Shown: positions 54,470 through 63,239 of the stretch, in pieces | Layout: every line of letters begins with the position of its first letter | Position numbering within the stretch: position 1 is the first letter of the stretch | From: Acidimicrobiales bacterium | GTDB lineage: Bacteria; Actinomycetota; Acidimicrobiia; Acidimicrobiales; Palsa-688 | Direction: 5' to 3' | Assembly: GCA_035294565.1 (NCBI GenBank) | Contig: DATGKR010000009.1 | Coordinates: 7,193 to 71,192, forward strand | DNA: 64,000 bases | The notes under the pieces: generated by a model | Databases searched by the model: none | Seen by the model: only the letters and a program-made list of their open reading frames with translations | What the model was told of the DNA's origin: nothing | Program-made: the position numbers and the translations under genes

Positions 54470-56023
54470 ATGTCGAAACGTCACGTCATCGTCGACGGCT
54501 CCAACCTGGCGACCGAGGGTCGGAGCATGCCGAGCCTGGCCCAGCTCGACGAGGCGGTCAAGGAGTTCCTCTCCGAGAACCCCGCCGACGACGTGACGGT
54601 CGTGGTCGACGCGTCCTTCGGGCATCGGATCGACCCTTCCGAGGTGCCGGCCTTCGAGGCGGCCGAGGAGGCTGGGGAGGTGGTCTCCCCGCCGGCCGGG
54701 GCGATCGGCAGGGGAGACGCCTTCCTGCTGCGCATAGCCGAGAAGGTGGGAGCTACCGTCCTCTCCAACGACTCCTTCCAGGAGTTCCACGCCGAGCATC
54801 CGTGGCTGTTCGACAAGGGCCGGTTGCTCGGTGGCAAGCCCGTCCCGGGCGTCGGGTGGATCTTCATGGAACGCACGCCGGTGCGCGGCGCCAAGAGCCG
54901 CGAGGTGGTCAAGGAGGCGAAGAGGCGGAAGAAGGCGGAGACGGCTCCCCCGCAGGCCGCGTCGTCTGGCGCGGCCGTGTCCGACGTCCCGGTGCCGGCC
55001 GCAGCGAACGGGGGCGTCTCGGCTTCGGCCGCGTCCGCCGCCGGCACGGCGGGCCGTGGGAGGGCATCGCGGCCGAAAGCGGTGGACAGGGCGATAGCCA
55101 GCGCCACCAAGGAGGTGACCACCCCGGGGGCGAGGAGATCCCGGCGCCGGACCGGCCAGCCGCCCTCCGAGCCGGTCAACGAACCCCTGGCGTTCATCAC
55201 CTTCGTAGCCGCCCACCCGCTTTCCAGCGAGGTCGAGGGGACAGTCGTCGAGTACTCGTCGCACGGGGCGTTCGTGGAGGCCGACGGGGCCCGCTGCTAC
55301 ATCCCCCTGTCGGCGATGGGTGACCCACCTCCCCGCCGGAGCCGACAGGTGCTCACCAAGGGGGAGACGAGGATGTTCGTCGTCCAGGCGTTCGACCCGC
55401 AGCGCCGCGGAGTCGAGCTCGCCCTGCCGGGGCTCGCCCGCATTTCGGGCGAACCGACCCCTGAGACGGTCGAGGCCGAGATCCACCCTCCGCAGCCGGA
55501 CCGGCCCTCACCGACCGGGACTACCCGCCGAAGGTCCCGCAAGCCCAAATCGGCGGACCAGGACTCCGACGCCGCGCCAGCAGCGGCGCCCGGGGCGCCA
55601 GCTCCAGAGGAGGGGCCGGTCCCGGGGGCGGCCGTCGCGGCCGGTCCCACCGGCGGGGAGCCGCCAGAAGGGCGGGAGGGGGCCGCCAAGAAGGCCCCGG
55701 CATCGAAGAAGGCCCCGGCATCGAAGAAGGCTCCGGCATCGAAGAAGGCATCAGCGTCGCCGGAGCCGCCCTCGCCGGCGGGCTCGGCGAAGGCCCCGGC
55801 GGCAGCGAAGAAGGCCCCGGTGGCAGCGAAGAAGGCCGGGGCCGTGTCGAAGAAGTCCGGTGCGAAGAACGCACCCCTGCTCGAAGAGCCGCTCCCGGTG
55901 GAGCCGCCTCGGCAGGCAAGGGGCAGGGGCCTCGCAGCAGCCGACAAGGCGACGCCGGTCTCCAAGGCCTCGGCCGCGAAGGCGCCGGCCGCCAAGAAGC
56001 AAGCGGCAACAAAGAAGAAGTAG
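54470..56023 (+). CDS. Zc3h12a/Regnase-type NYN ribonuclease domain + S1 RNA-binding domain + Lys/Ala/Pro-rich basic tail
   Basis: 517 aa. NYN: MSKRHVIVDGSNLATEG, VTVVVDASF, GRGDAFLLRIAEKVGATVLSNDSFQEF. S1-like: SSEVEGTVVEYSSHGAFVEADGARCYIPLSAMG...KGETRMFVVQAFDPQRRGVELAL. Tail: AAKKAPASKKAPASKKAPASKKASAS...AAKKAPVAAKKAGAVSKKSGAKN...AAKAPAAKKQAATKKK. Confidence 0.75.
   Translation: MSKRHVIVDGSNLATEGRSMPSLAQLDEAVKEFLSENPADDVTVVVDASFGHRIDPSEVPAFEAAEEAGEVVSPPAGAIGRGDAFLLRIAEKVGATVLSNDSFQEFHAEHPWLFDKGRLLGGKPVPGVGWIFMERTPVRGAKSREVVKEAKRRKKAETAPPQAASSGAAVSDVPVPAAANGGVSASAASAAGTAGRGRASRPKAVDRAIASATKEVTTPGARRSRRRTGQPPSEPVNEPLAFITFVAAHPLSSEVEGTVVEYSSHGAFVEADGARCYIPLSAMGDPPPRRSRQVLTKGETRMFVVQAFDPQRRGVELALPGLARISGEPTPETVEAEIHPPQPDRPSPTGTTRRRSRKPKSADQDSDAAPAAAPGAPAPEEGPVPGAAVAAGPTGGEPPEGREGAAKKAPASKKAPASKKAPASKKASASPEPPSPAGSAKAPAAAKKAPVAAKKAGAVSKKSGAKNAPLLEEPLPVEPPRQARGRGLAAADKATPVSKASAAKAPAAKKQAATKKK
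55688..55755 (+). repeat. 18-bp in-frame tandem repeat (3 full copies plus a partial) encoding KKAPAS units
   Basis: AAGAAGGCCCCGGCATCG at 55688, again at 55706, AAGAAGGCTCCGGCATCG at 55724, then the partial AAGAAGGCATCAGCG. Lies inside the NYN-S1 gene. Confidence 0.75.
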
Positions 56024-56103
56024 TCGGAAGCGGCCTCGCCCAGGCCTGGTCTGCGCCGCCGACCGCCGCCCGCGCCGCCTGAGCGGTCCTACCATGCCGG
56101 GTC

Positions 56104-56883
56104 ATGCGCCTCGCCACCTGGAACGTCAACTCGCTGAAGGCCCGCCTACCGCGGGTCGAAGAGTGGCTCTCCTACGCCAGGCCCGACGTCCTGTGCATGC
56201 AGGAGACGAAGCTCGCCGACGCGGCATTCCCCCACATGGCCTTCGGCGCCCTCGGCTACGAGAGCGTCCACCATGGCGACGGTCGCTGGAACGGCGTGGC
56301 GATCCTCTCCAAGGTGGGTCTCGACGAGCCGGTGGCGGGCTTCGTCGCCCCGATCGACCCGGATTCCGACACGCGGGTGCTCACCGCCCGCTGCGGTGGG
56401 ATAACGGTGACCAGCGTGTACGTGCCGAACGGGCGGAGCGTGGACTCCGACCACTACCGCTACAAGCTCGAATGGCTGGCGAAACTGAAAGATCACGTGT
56501 CTGCCCTGGCCGCCCCTTCCGACGCAGTGGCGGTCTGCGGCGACTTCAACATCGCGCCCACCGACGCCGACGTGTGGGACCCGTCCCGCTTCGTCGGTTC
56601 CACGCACGTCACCAATCCCGAGCGCGAAGCGCTCCGACGCCTGGAGGAGTGGGGCCTCGTGGACGCTTTCCGCAGGCGATGGCCCGAAGACCGGCTGTAC
56701 ACCTACTGGGACTACCGGGCTGGGGACTTCCACGAGCACCGGGGGATGCGAATCGACCTACTGCTGCTCAGCGAACCGTTGGCGGCGAGAGTCCGCTGGG
56801 CCCTGGTGGACCGCAACGCCCGCAAGGGAAAGCTCCCCTCGGACCACGCCCCGCTCTTCGTGGACTTGGAGACCGCCCAGTGA
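56104..56883 (+). CDS. xthA: exodeoxyribonuclease III
   Basis: 259 aa. MRLATWNVNSLKARL, LCMQETK, GDFNIAP, YTYWDYR, RIDLLL, SDHAPL. Confidence 0.92.
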   Translation: MRLATWNVNSLKARLPRVEEWLSYARPDVLCMQETKLADAAFPHMAFGALGYESVHHGDGRWNGVAILSKVGLDEPVAGFVAPIDPDSDTRVLTARCGGITVTSVYVPNGRSVDSDHYRYKLEWLAKLKDHVSALAAPSDAVAVCGDFNIAPTDADVWDPSRFVGSTHVTNPEREALRRLEEWGLVDAFRRRWPEDRLYTYWDYRAGDFHEHRGMRIDLLLLSEPLAARVRWALVDRNARKGKLPSDHAPLFVDLETAQ

Positions 56884-57602
56884 GCGGCGAATACGCCGTC
56901 GATAGCGAACTGGCCACCCGCCTCGCCGCCGAGCTGGAGGCGGTCGGCGGCCCCTCAGAAGACCCGGCCGTGGCCGCCGCAAGGGAGGTCGGGGAGATCC
57001 TCCGCGCCGTGATAGATCGCCTCACCGCCACCTCGGCCCCGCCCGAGGTGCTGCACGCAGCGGCCGACCGGCTGCGGGCCACGGCCGAGCTGCTCGCACC
57101 CTACGATGCCGTGCGCCGCTACCAGGGGACCTCGGAGGCGTCCGGACTCAGCCACGACAAGGCCTTCTTCGACTGGTCGCCCCAGCTGGGTCTGGCCAAC
57201 CCGCTCGCCCCGCCGATCCGAGTGTCAGTACGGGGGGAGACGGTCGTGGGGTTCGCCACGTTTGGAATCGCCTACGAAGGGCCCCCGGGCTGCGTGCACG
57301 GGGGGTACATAGCCGCCGCCTTCGACGAAGTGCTCGGCCTCACCCAGTCGCTGTCGGGCCGGGTGGGGATGACGGGAACGCTCACCGTCTGGTACCGCCG
57401 CCCGACTCCTCTCAACACCGAGCTGCGCTTCGAGGGCTCCATCGAGGAGGTCGCCGGAAGGAAGGTGGTGACCGTTGGGAGGCTGCTCACCGGGGAAGTC
57501 CTCACCGCCGAGGCTCGAGGGCTCTTCGTCACCATCACGCCGGAGCGTTTCATGAGCCTATCGGCGCTGCGCGAGCAGAAACCCGGCTCCAGCCCGGCCT
57601 GA
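56880..57602 (+). CDS. PaaI-family (hotdog fold) thioesterase
   Basis: Frame of track ORF 55320..57602. GTG 56880 overlaps the xthA TGA. PGCVHGGYIAAAFDEVLG and the beta-sheet tail TLTVWYRRPTPLNTELRFEGSIEEVAGRKVVTVGRL. Confidence 0.7.
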   Translation: MSGEYAVDSELATRLAAELEAVGGPSEDPAVAAAREVGEILRAVIDRLTATSAPPEVLHAAADRLRATAELLAPYDAVRRYQGTSEASGLSHDKAFFDWSPQLGLANPLAPPIRVSVRGETVVGFATFGIAYEGPPGCVHGGYIAAAFDEVLGLTQSLSGRVGMTGTLTVWYRRPTPLNTELRFEGSIEEVAGRKVVTVGRLLTGEVLTAEARGLFVTITPERFMSLSALREQKPGSSPA

Positions 57603-57605
57603 GCC

Positions 57606-58427
57606 CTAGCGGCCGTGGAAGCGCGGCTGGCGCTTGTCGACGAACGCCCGGGCCGCCTCTTTGTGGTCCTCGGTCGTCCCGGTGTGCACGTGGTGCGTCG
57701 CCTCGAGGTCGAGGCAGTCCCACAGGTCGCCGTTGACCGCCCGGTTCAGGTTCTCCTTCATGTACCGATATGCGATGGCGGGGCCTTCCGCGAGCTGCTT
57801 GGCCCTCTTCGCCACCTCGCCTTCGAGCTCTGCGGCGGGGAAAACAGCGTTGATGATCCCCAGCCGTTCGGCTTCGCTTGCCTCGATGCGCTCCGAGAAG
57901 AAGTACAGTTCCTTGGCCTTGGCGGCGCCGACCAGCCGGCTCAGGAACCAGGTACCTCCGTAGTCGCCGGAGAAGCCGACCCGGGCGAAGGCGGTGGTCA
58001 GCACGCTCCCTTCCGCGGCGTAGCGAAGGTCGCACGCCAACGCCAAGGCGAGCCCGGCGCCGGCCGCCGGGCCGGGGATCGAAGCGATCGTCGGCTTGGT
58101 CATCGACCAGAGCCGACCTGCGGTGGCCCGTTGGTTCTCCCGCTGGCGTCGTATCACCTCGTCGAGGGGGAGACGCTCACCGCTCGCGGCGTCCCGCTCG
58201 GCCATGGCTTTGACGTCGCCGCCGGCGCAGAACGCCCCGGCGGCGCCGGTGAGCACGACGCACCGCACCGCACCGTCGTTCTCCAGAACGTCCAACACCT
58301 GGGCCAGAGCCTCGAGCATCGGGCCGGAAAAGGCGTTGCGTCGCTCCGGCCGGTTCAGCGTGAGCACCGCGACCCCATCGTCGACCTCGCCCAGCAGGTG
58401 GTCTGTGCCCGTTTCGAGGACGGTCAT
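57606..58427 (-). CDS. enoyl-CoA hydratase/isomerase (crotonase) family protein
   Basis: Frame of track ORF 57606..58550. ATG 58427 is preceded by AAGGAGA. VAVLTLNRPERRNAF, VLTGAGAFCAGGD, ASIPGPAAGAGLALALACD. Confidence 0.86.
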   Translation of the reverse strand: MTVLETGTDHLLGEVDDGVAVLTLNRPERRNAFSGPMLEALAQVLDVLENDGAVRCVVLTGAAGAFCAGGDVKAMAERDAASGERLPLDEVIRRQRENQRATAGRLWSMTKPTIASIPGPAAGAGLALALACDLRYAAEGSVLTTAFARVGFSGDYGGTWFLSRLVGAAKAKELYFFSERIEASEAERLGIINAVFPAAELEGEVAKRAKQLAEGPAIAYRYMKENLNRAVNGDLWDCLDLEATHHVHTGTTEDHKEAARAFVDKRQPRFHGR

Positions 58428-58452
58428 GATCTCTCCTTGGCGACGAGCACGG

Positions 58453-59181
58453 TCATGTTCCCTCCTCGGCGACGAAACGGACGCCGCCGACCTCGACGTC
58501 AACGCCGGAGGCGTCGCGAAGGTAGACCTCCACGATCCCGGCCTCGGCACGGTGCGACAGGGGGACGAACCGCACGATCTGGCCGGCCGGGTCCAGCCGT
58601 AGGGTCACCGTGGGGCCACCTTCCTCCCCGGGCCCGCTGACACCTATCGCCGTCGCCCATCTCGCCGCCGCCCCGGCGGGGTCCTCCACTTCGACGACGA
58701 TGCCGGCGATCCCCCGGCCCCCCCGAGCGGGGGCCTTCCCGGTCCACTCCGGACCCGCCCATCGCCACGACTCGGGTGGATCGGCCCAGTCGACCGAGAC
58801 GATCGCTCCCGGGACGTCCTTGGGGTGCAGGTGGGTTCCGGCGATGTCGGGATAGTCCGCCTGCCAGACAACCTTGATACCCGCCCCGGCTATACGTCGG
58901 CGGGCGGCTTCGAGGTCGGCCACCTGGAAGATGGCCATGTACCCGCTGTCACCACCGCGCCTGTCGAGATAGCGGCCCGCGGTGGTCCCCGGCCGCACCG
59001 GCGAGACCACCTCCACGAAGGTGTCCCCAACTGTGAACACGGCGTTCTCCAGGCCGAACTGCCCCACGCCGGGGTCGTGGAACGGCTCGTCCCATCCGAA
59101 CGCACCCTGCAGGGCTGCCGCCACCGGTTCGAGCTCGGTGGCGGCGAGGGCGACCTGGCGAAGCCTCGGTAGTCCGCTCAA
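58453..59181 (-). CDS. VOC/glyoxalase-like domain protein
   Basis: 242 aa. RLRQVALAATELEPVAAALQGAFGW, TFVEVVSPVRPGTTAGRYL, HLHPKD. Two beta-alpha-beta-beta-beta-like halves. Recognition-based call. Confidence 0.6.
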   Translation of the reverse strand: MSGLPRLRQVALAATELEPVAAALQGAFGWDEPFHDPGVGQFGLENAVFTVGDTFVEVVSPVRPGTTAGRYLDRRGGDSGYMAIFQVADLEAARRRIAGAGIKVVWQADYPDIAGTHLHPKDVPGAIVSVDWADPPESWRWAGPEWTGKAPARGGRGIAGIVVEVEDPAGAAARWATAIGVSGPGEEGGPTVTLRLDPAGQIVRFVPLSHRAEAGIVEVYLRDASGVDVEVGGVRFVAEEGT

Positions 59182-59260
59182 AGCTCAACTCCTCCGTCCT
59201 CGCCGTCCTCGCCGGCGCTCACCGCCGACGATCCGCTCCCAGCTGCTCGGAGGCAACCTT

Positions 59261-59680
59261 TCAGGCGAAAGCCCCCGTCTGCACCAGCGGCCGGGTCAAC
59301 GAGGTGATCGAGATGATGTCGTCCTCGCCGAGCCACGGCAACGGGAGGGCCGCCGAGCCGCTGCCGGCCAGCGGCTTCGGGCGGCGAGGGTAGGGCGCTC
59401 CGGAGCTGCCCCCCCGCCCCCGGTAGACGATCAGGCCGGTGGCGGGATCGGGAACGGAGTCGAGCGCCGACTGCACGACCGGGAGAGCCATGTAGGTCTC
59501 CCAGGCTTCCTCGTCGACGAACTCCACCTCGAAAACCACCCCCCAAGGGTGGCGATGCCAGGACCAGTCGGAAGCCCCGTGGGTGACCGCGCTCTCCATC
59601 AGCGCGTCGCCGTGGGCGTCCGCCCACGTCGCCGCCGGGGTGGACCCGTCGAAGACCTCGATGGAGAACCAGGCACCCAC
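59261..59680 (-). CDS. hypothetical protein (139 aa from GTG 59680; track start TTG 59701 overlaps the helicase 3' end)
   Basis: VGAWFSIEVFDGSTPAATWADAHGDALMESAVTHGASDWSWHRHPWGVVFEVEFVDEEAWETYMALPVVQSALDSVPDP, followed by a G/S/P-rich tail. I recognise no family. Confidence 0.35.
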   Translation of the reverse strand: MGAWFSIEVFDGSTPAATWADAHGDALMESAVTHGASDWSWHRHPWGVVFEVEFVDEEAWETYMALPVVQSALDSVPDPATGLIVYRGRGGSSGAPYPRRPKPLAGSGSAALPLPWLGEDDIISITSLTRPLVQTGAFA

Positions 59681-59684
59681 ATCT

Positions 59685-61703
59685 CTACAGGGTACTACCA
59701 ATCTCCGCCGGCGAGAACCACGGTTCTCCAGCCGTTTCCGCCCGGCGGGCCACTATGGAGAGCAGCGCCGGCCCGCAACGGTTCGCCTTCACCGGGCCTA
59801 TCCCCGGCACCGCGAGAAGCTCCTCGAGGGTGCGCGGCCGCAGCGATGCCAAGGCGTCGAGGGTGGCGTCGTGGAGCACCAGGTGGGGTGGGACGCCGCT
59901 GTGCCGGGCGGCTTGGGACCTCCAGGCGGCCAGGTCGGCCCGCAGCTCAGGGTCGGTTCGAGGCAGCTTCTCGGCGCGGCGCAGCCCGAGGGGGTCGCCG
60001 CTCCGCATGGCGGCGCGGCGAAGGTCGTGTCGCTGAGCGTCGAAGCGGGGCCTCCAGTCGGCGTCGCCGTCCGACGGCCCGCCGGCGGCCGACAAGACGG
60101 CCTCCAACCAGCGCGACGGCTGCCGGGGAACGGGACGCAGCGCTGTTCCCATGCGCCGCGTCGCCGCCCAGGAGATCGACAGTCTTTCGGAGGCCCGCGA
60201 CAGTGCAACGTAAAAAAGTTGACGCTCGTCGACCTCGGCGCAGCGGGCCATCGGCACCAGGCCCTCTTCTGCTCCCACCACCCACACCCACGGCCACTCG
60301 AGCCCCTTCGAGCGGTGGAAGCTGCACAGGGTGACGGCGTCACCGACCGCCGCCACCGAGCGGTCCCCCAGAGCGGCAGGCAGCCAGTCGAGCCACTCCG
60401 CCACGGTCGCGTCCGGTTCCAGCCCGCAGTAGGCCCGCGCCGCCTCTGCCGTGCTCCCGGCCCCTCGTCCGAGCAGGTTCTCCAGGTCGGCTACGACAGC
60501 CCGCAGCGGCTGGTGGACCCGCTCGGCGAGCGCCGCTCGGGCGGCCTCGGCGGCTGGCGCCGCCGAGGCGTCGTGGCAGGGCACCCCCGCGGCCACCAGG
60601 GCGCCGTGGATCAGCCGCAGCTGGGCGTTGGTGCGCGCCAGGACCGCCATCGACCCCCACCCCAGGCCCTCGGCGCGGGCCCGATGGCATCCCTCCACGA
60701 CGGCTCGCGCCTCGTCCGCTTCTGAGGGGTAGCGGCGCACTCGGGGGGGCGTGCCCTGGCGCGACGCTTCGAGACCCGAGCCTGAAGGGCCGAGCACCGC
60801 CGCGGCGGCGGCGACGATCTCGGCGGTCGACCTGTGGTTGCGGTCGAGGTGGATGATCTCGGTCGACGGCCAGCGGCGGGGGAGGTCCGCCAGCAGCGAA
60901 GGGTCGGCACCGTTCCACGCGTAGATCGCCTGGTTGGGGTCGCCGACCACGCAGAGGTCGACGGAGTTGCCCAGCCAGGCGAGGAGCAGCCGGTGCTGGA
61001 GGGGGTTCAGGTCTTGGAACTCGTCCACGTGGATGTGCCGCCAGCGCCACCGCTGGGCGGCGGCGAACTCGGGGTCCCTTTCGATGGCTTCGGCGCAGCG
61101 GGCGAGGATGTCGTCGAAGTCGATCAGCCCGCGTCGGCGTTTCTCGTGTTCGTAGCGTTCGTAGACGGCTGCAAGAGCAGCCGGGTCCACGGTGCGCGGT
61201 AGTCGCCGCCCGCTCGAGTGCAACGCTTCGGGTAGGCGTGGGGGATCGATGCCGCGGGACTTCGCCCACTCGATGTGCCCGGCGACGTCGTGGGCCGACA
61301 AGCCGTCGAGCCCCGGCCGTCCGGCGAGCAAAGGTCCGAGGAGGCGGCCCTTCCGCTCGAGGAGGGCGGGGGGCCGCTGGCGGCGGTCCGCCCACCAGCG
61401 TTGCAGCTGGGCGGCTGCGTGCGAGTGGAAAGTGCCCGCCGCCACTCGCTCCCGCAGGCCGAGCGCCGCCAAGCGCTCCTGGAGCTCGCCGGCGGCTTTG
61501 CGGGTGAAGGTGAGGGCGAGCGTGTGGCGGGCGTCTGAGGACCCGGTTAGGCAGCGGTACGCGATGCGCCTGGTGAGCACCCGGGTCTTGCCGGCCCCGG
61601 CGCACGCGATGATGCAAAGTGGGGCCGCCTCCGAGGTGACGGCGGCGGCCTGGGCGGGCGTCAACCCGGAGAGGAGATCCTCGCCTGGTGCCTTTTCGGT
61701 CAC
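59685..61703 (-). CDS. uvrD2: UvrD/PcrA-family ATP-dependent DNA helicase with C-terminal HRDC-like domain (UvrD2-like)
   Basis: 672 aa. LTPAQAAAVTSEAAPLCIIACAGAGKTRVLT (Walker A). HIHVDEFQDLNPLQ. VGDPNQAIYAWNGA. LARTNAQL. CSFHRSKGLEWPWVWV. LFYVALSRASERL. C-terminal LHDATLDALASLRPRTLEELLAVPGIGPVKANRCGPALLSIV. Confidence 0.85.
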   Translation of the reverse strand: MTEKAPGEDLLSGLTPAQAAAVTSEAAPLCIIACAGAGKTRVLTRRIAYRCLTGSSDARHTLALTFTRKAAGELQERLAALGLRERVAAGTFHSHAAAQLQRWWADRRQRPPALLERKGRLLGPLLAGRPGLDGLSAHDVAGHIEWAKSRGIDPPRLPEALHSSGRRLPRTVDPAALAAVYERYEHEKRRRGLIDFDDILARCAEAIERDPEFAAAQRWRWRHIHVDEFQDLNPLQHRLLLAWLGNSVDLCVVGDPNQAIYAWNGADPSLLADLPRRWPSTEIIHLDRNHRSTAEIVAAAAAVLGPSGSGLEASRQGTPPRVRRYPSEADEARAVVEGCHRARAEGLGWGSMAVLARTNAQLRLIHGALVAAGVPCHDASAAPAAEAARAALAERVHQPLRAVVADLENLLGRGAGSTAEAARAYCGLEPDATVAEWLDWLPAALGDRSVAAVGDAVTLCSFHRSKGLEWPWVWVVGAEEGLVPMARCAEVDERQLFYVALSRASERLSISWAATRRMGTALRPVPRQPSRWLEAVLSAAGGPSDGDADWRPRFDAQRHDLRRAAMRSGDPLGLRRAEKLPRTDPELRADLAAWRSQAARHSGVPPHLVLHDATLDALASLRPRTLEELLAVPGIGPVKANRCGPALLSIVARRAETAGEPWFSPAEIGSTL

Positions 61704-61908
61704 CCACCCGAAGATACGTTCGGCATGGGACGGGCTGTTGGATGCTCGAGAACCCGGTTGCGCGCCTGGCGGACGGTCCCCCCGAACCGCCCCGGCCGGC
61801 GCGCCAACCGGGTCCTTTCGAGGTCAGGAGCATGCCTCCCGACGCGGCGGAAGTCAAGGGTCGACACATCGCCTGAAAGGCGCCGCCCGAAAGTACCCTT
61901 GCGTGTCG

Positions 61909-62511
61909 ATGCGCCGCCGCCGGTTCCTCAGGGATGGTGAGGAGGTGGTCGTCGAAGTCAGACCCCACTGGTGGTACCTGGCCGGCCCGGTCGCCGTGCT
62001 GGTGGCCGTGATCGCCGGTTCGATATACGGGTGGCTGCGGTCCATGCCCTCCTACGCCGCCTGGGCGGCGGTCGCCGCCCTAGGGGTGAGCGCCCTGTGG
62101 CTGCTGGTCCGCTACGCGAGCTGGGCCAACACCCGCCTCATCGTCACCAACTCGAGGGTGATCGAACGCAAAGGGGTCTGGGGGAGAAGGGGACGGGAGA
62201 TACCAGTGTCGGCGGTCACCAACATCGAGTACCGCCAGAGCCTGTTCGAGCGGTTGGTCGGCACCGGTGACGTGGTGCTCGAATCAGCGGGGCGCGACGG
62301 CCAGGAGGTGTTCTCGGATGTGCCCCACCCCGCGGCGGTGCACAACGACATCTGGGAGCAGGCGGAGGCCTGGCGGCGTGGCTTGGCCTCCCCGGCCCGG
62401 ACCGCGTCGATCCCCGAGCAGATCGACCAGCTCGACCAGCTGCGCCGGAGGGGTGTGATAACCGAAGCCGAGTTCCAGGCGAAGAAGTCCCAGCTGCTCG
62501 ACCGCCTGTGA
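61909..62511 (+). CDS. membrane bPH_2 (YdbS/DUF304-like PH) domain protein with C-terminal SHOCT domain
   Basis: Frame of track ORF 61192..62511; ATG 61909. EEVVVEVRPHWWYLAGPVAVLVAVIAG, a second TM segment, then TRLIVTNSRVIERKG...IEYRQSLFERLVGTGDVVLES. SHOCT-like QLDQLRRRGVITEAEFQAKKSQLLDRL. Confidence 0.72.
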   Translation: MRRRRFLRDGEEVVVEVRPHWWYLAGPVAVLVAVIAGSIYGWLRSMPSYAAWAAVAALGVSALWLLVRYASWANTRLIVTNSRVIERKGVWGRRGREIPVSAVTNIEYRQSLFERLVGTGDVVLESAGRDGQEVFSDVPHPAAVHNDIWEQAEAWRRGLASPARTASIPEQIDQLDQLRRRGVITEAEFQAKKSQLLDRL

Positions 62512-63236
62512 CCGGCGGCCCCCGGGTGCGCGGCGGCTTGGTCAGCCTGGTCCCCTCGATAACGGAGACCCTCCTCGCCTGGGGGGTGCGGCCAGCCGCC
62601 GCCACCCGCTTCTGCGACGCCCCGGGCGTCCCAGCCGTGGGGGGGACGAAGAACCCTGACATCGAGGCGATCGTCGCCATCGCCCCCGGGGTCGTTCTGA
62701 TGGACAAGGAGGAGAACAGGCTGGAGGACGCCTCTAGGCTCGAGGAGGCGGGTCTCGAGGTGGTGGCAACCCACGTCCGGTCCCTGGAGGACGTCGGGCC
62801 GGCGCTGGAGCTGATAGCCGCCGCAGCCGGCCGCGCCGCAGCGCCGCAAGACCTTCCGGGACCGGCCGGGGCCGAGGGAGGGCCACCAGCGTTGAGGGTG
62901 TGGGTGCCCATCTGGCGCCGGCCGTGGATGACCGTCGGAGCCCGGACCTACGGATCGTCGCTCCTCGCGGCCGCCGGCTTCGACAACGTCGCCCGCCAGC
63001 TGGCCGACCCGTACCCCCTCCTCGAGCCCTCCGCGGCCCGGGACCTACAGCCGGACCTGGTCCTCGCCCCTTCCGAGCCGTACCCCTTCGGCGAGCGTCA
63101 CCGCCCAGAGCTGGAGACCGTCGCGCCCGTCGTGTTGGTCGACGGGCGGGACCTGTTCTGGTGGGGGAGCCGGACACCGGCCGCGCTCGGCCGGCTCAGG
63201 GACCTGGCGCGCCGGCTCGCCGGCGCGCAAGGATGA
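62508..63236 (+). CDS. helical-backbone metal receptor / BtuF-like periplasmic-binding-fold protein (no signal peptide)
   Basis: 242 aa; GTG 62508 overlaps the upstream TGA. LVSLVPSITETLLAWGV, GGTKNPDIEAIVAIAPGVVLMDKEEN, PDLVLAPSEPYPF. Confidence 0.65.
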   Translation: MTGGPRVRGGLVSLVPSITETLLAWGVRPAAATRFCDAPGVPAVGGTKNPDIEAIVAIAPGVVLMDKEENRLEDASRLEEAGLEVVATHVRSLEDVGPALELIAAAAGRAAAPQDLPGPAGAEGGPPALRVWVPIWRRPWMTVGARTYGSSLLAAAGFDNVARQLADPYPLLEPSAARDLQPDLVLAPSEPYPFGERHRPELETVAPVVLVDGRDLFWWGSRTPAALGRLRDLARRLAGAQG

Positions 63237-63239
63237 GCC

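Noticed and set aside
55688-55755. Short tandem repeats checked as a possible CRISPR array
   Set aside because: The units are 18 bp, contiguous without spacers, in-frame and coding (KKAPAS). There are no cas genes, and no repeat-spacer structure appears anywhere in the window.
55320-56879. First 520 codons of the 760-aa track ORF 55320..57602
   Set aside because: It overlaps the NYN-S1 gene and xthA in other frames and is extremely R/P-rich. Only the last 240 codons, the PaaI-like thioesterase, carry a domain.
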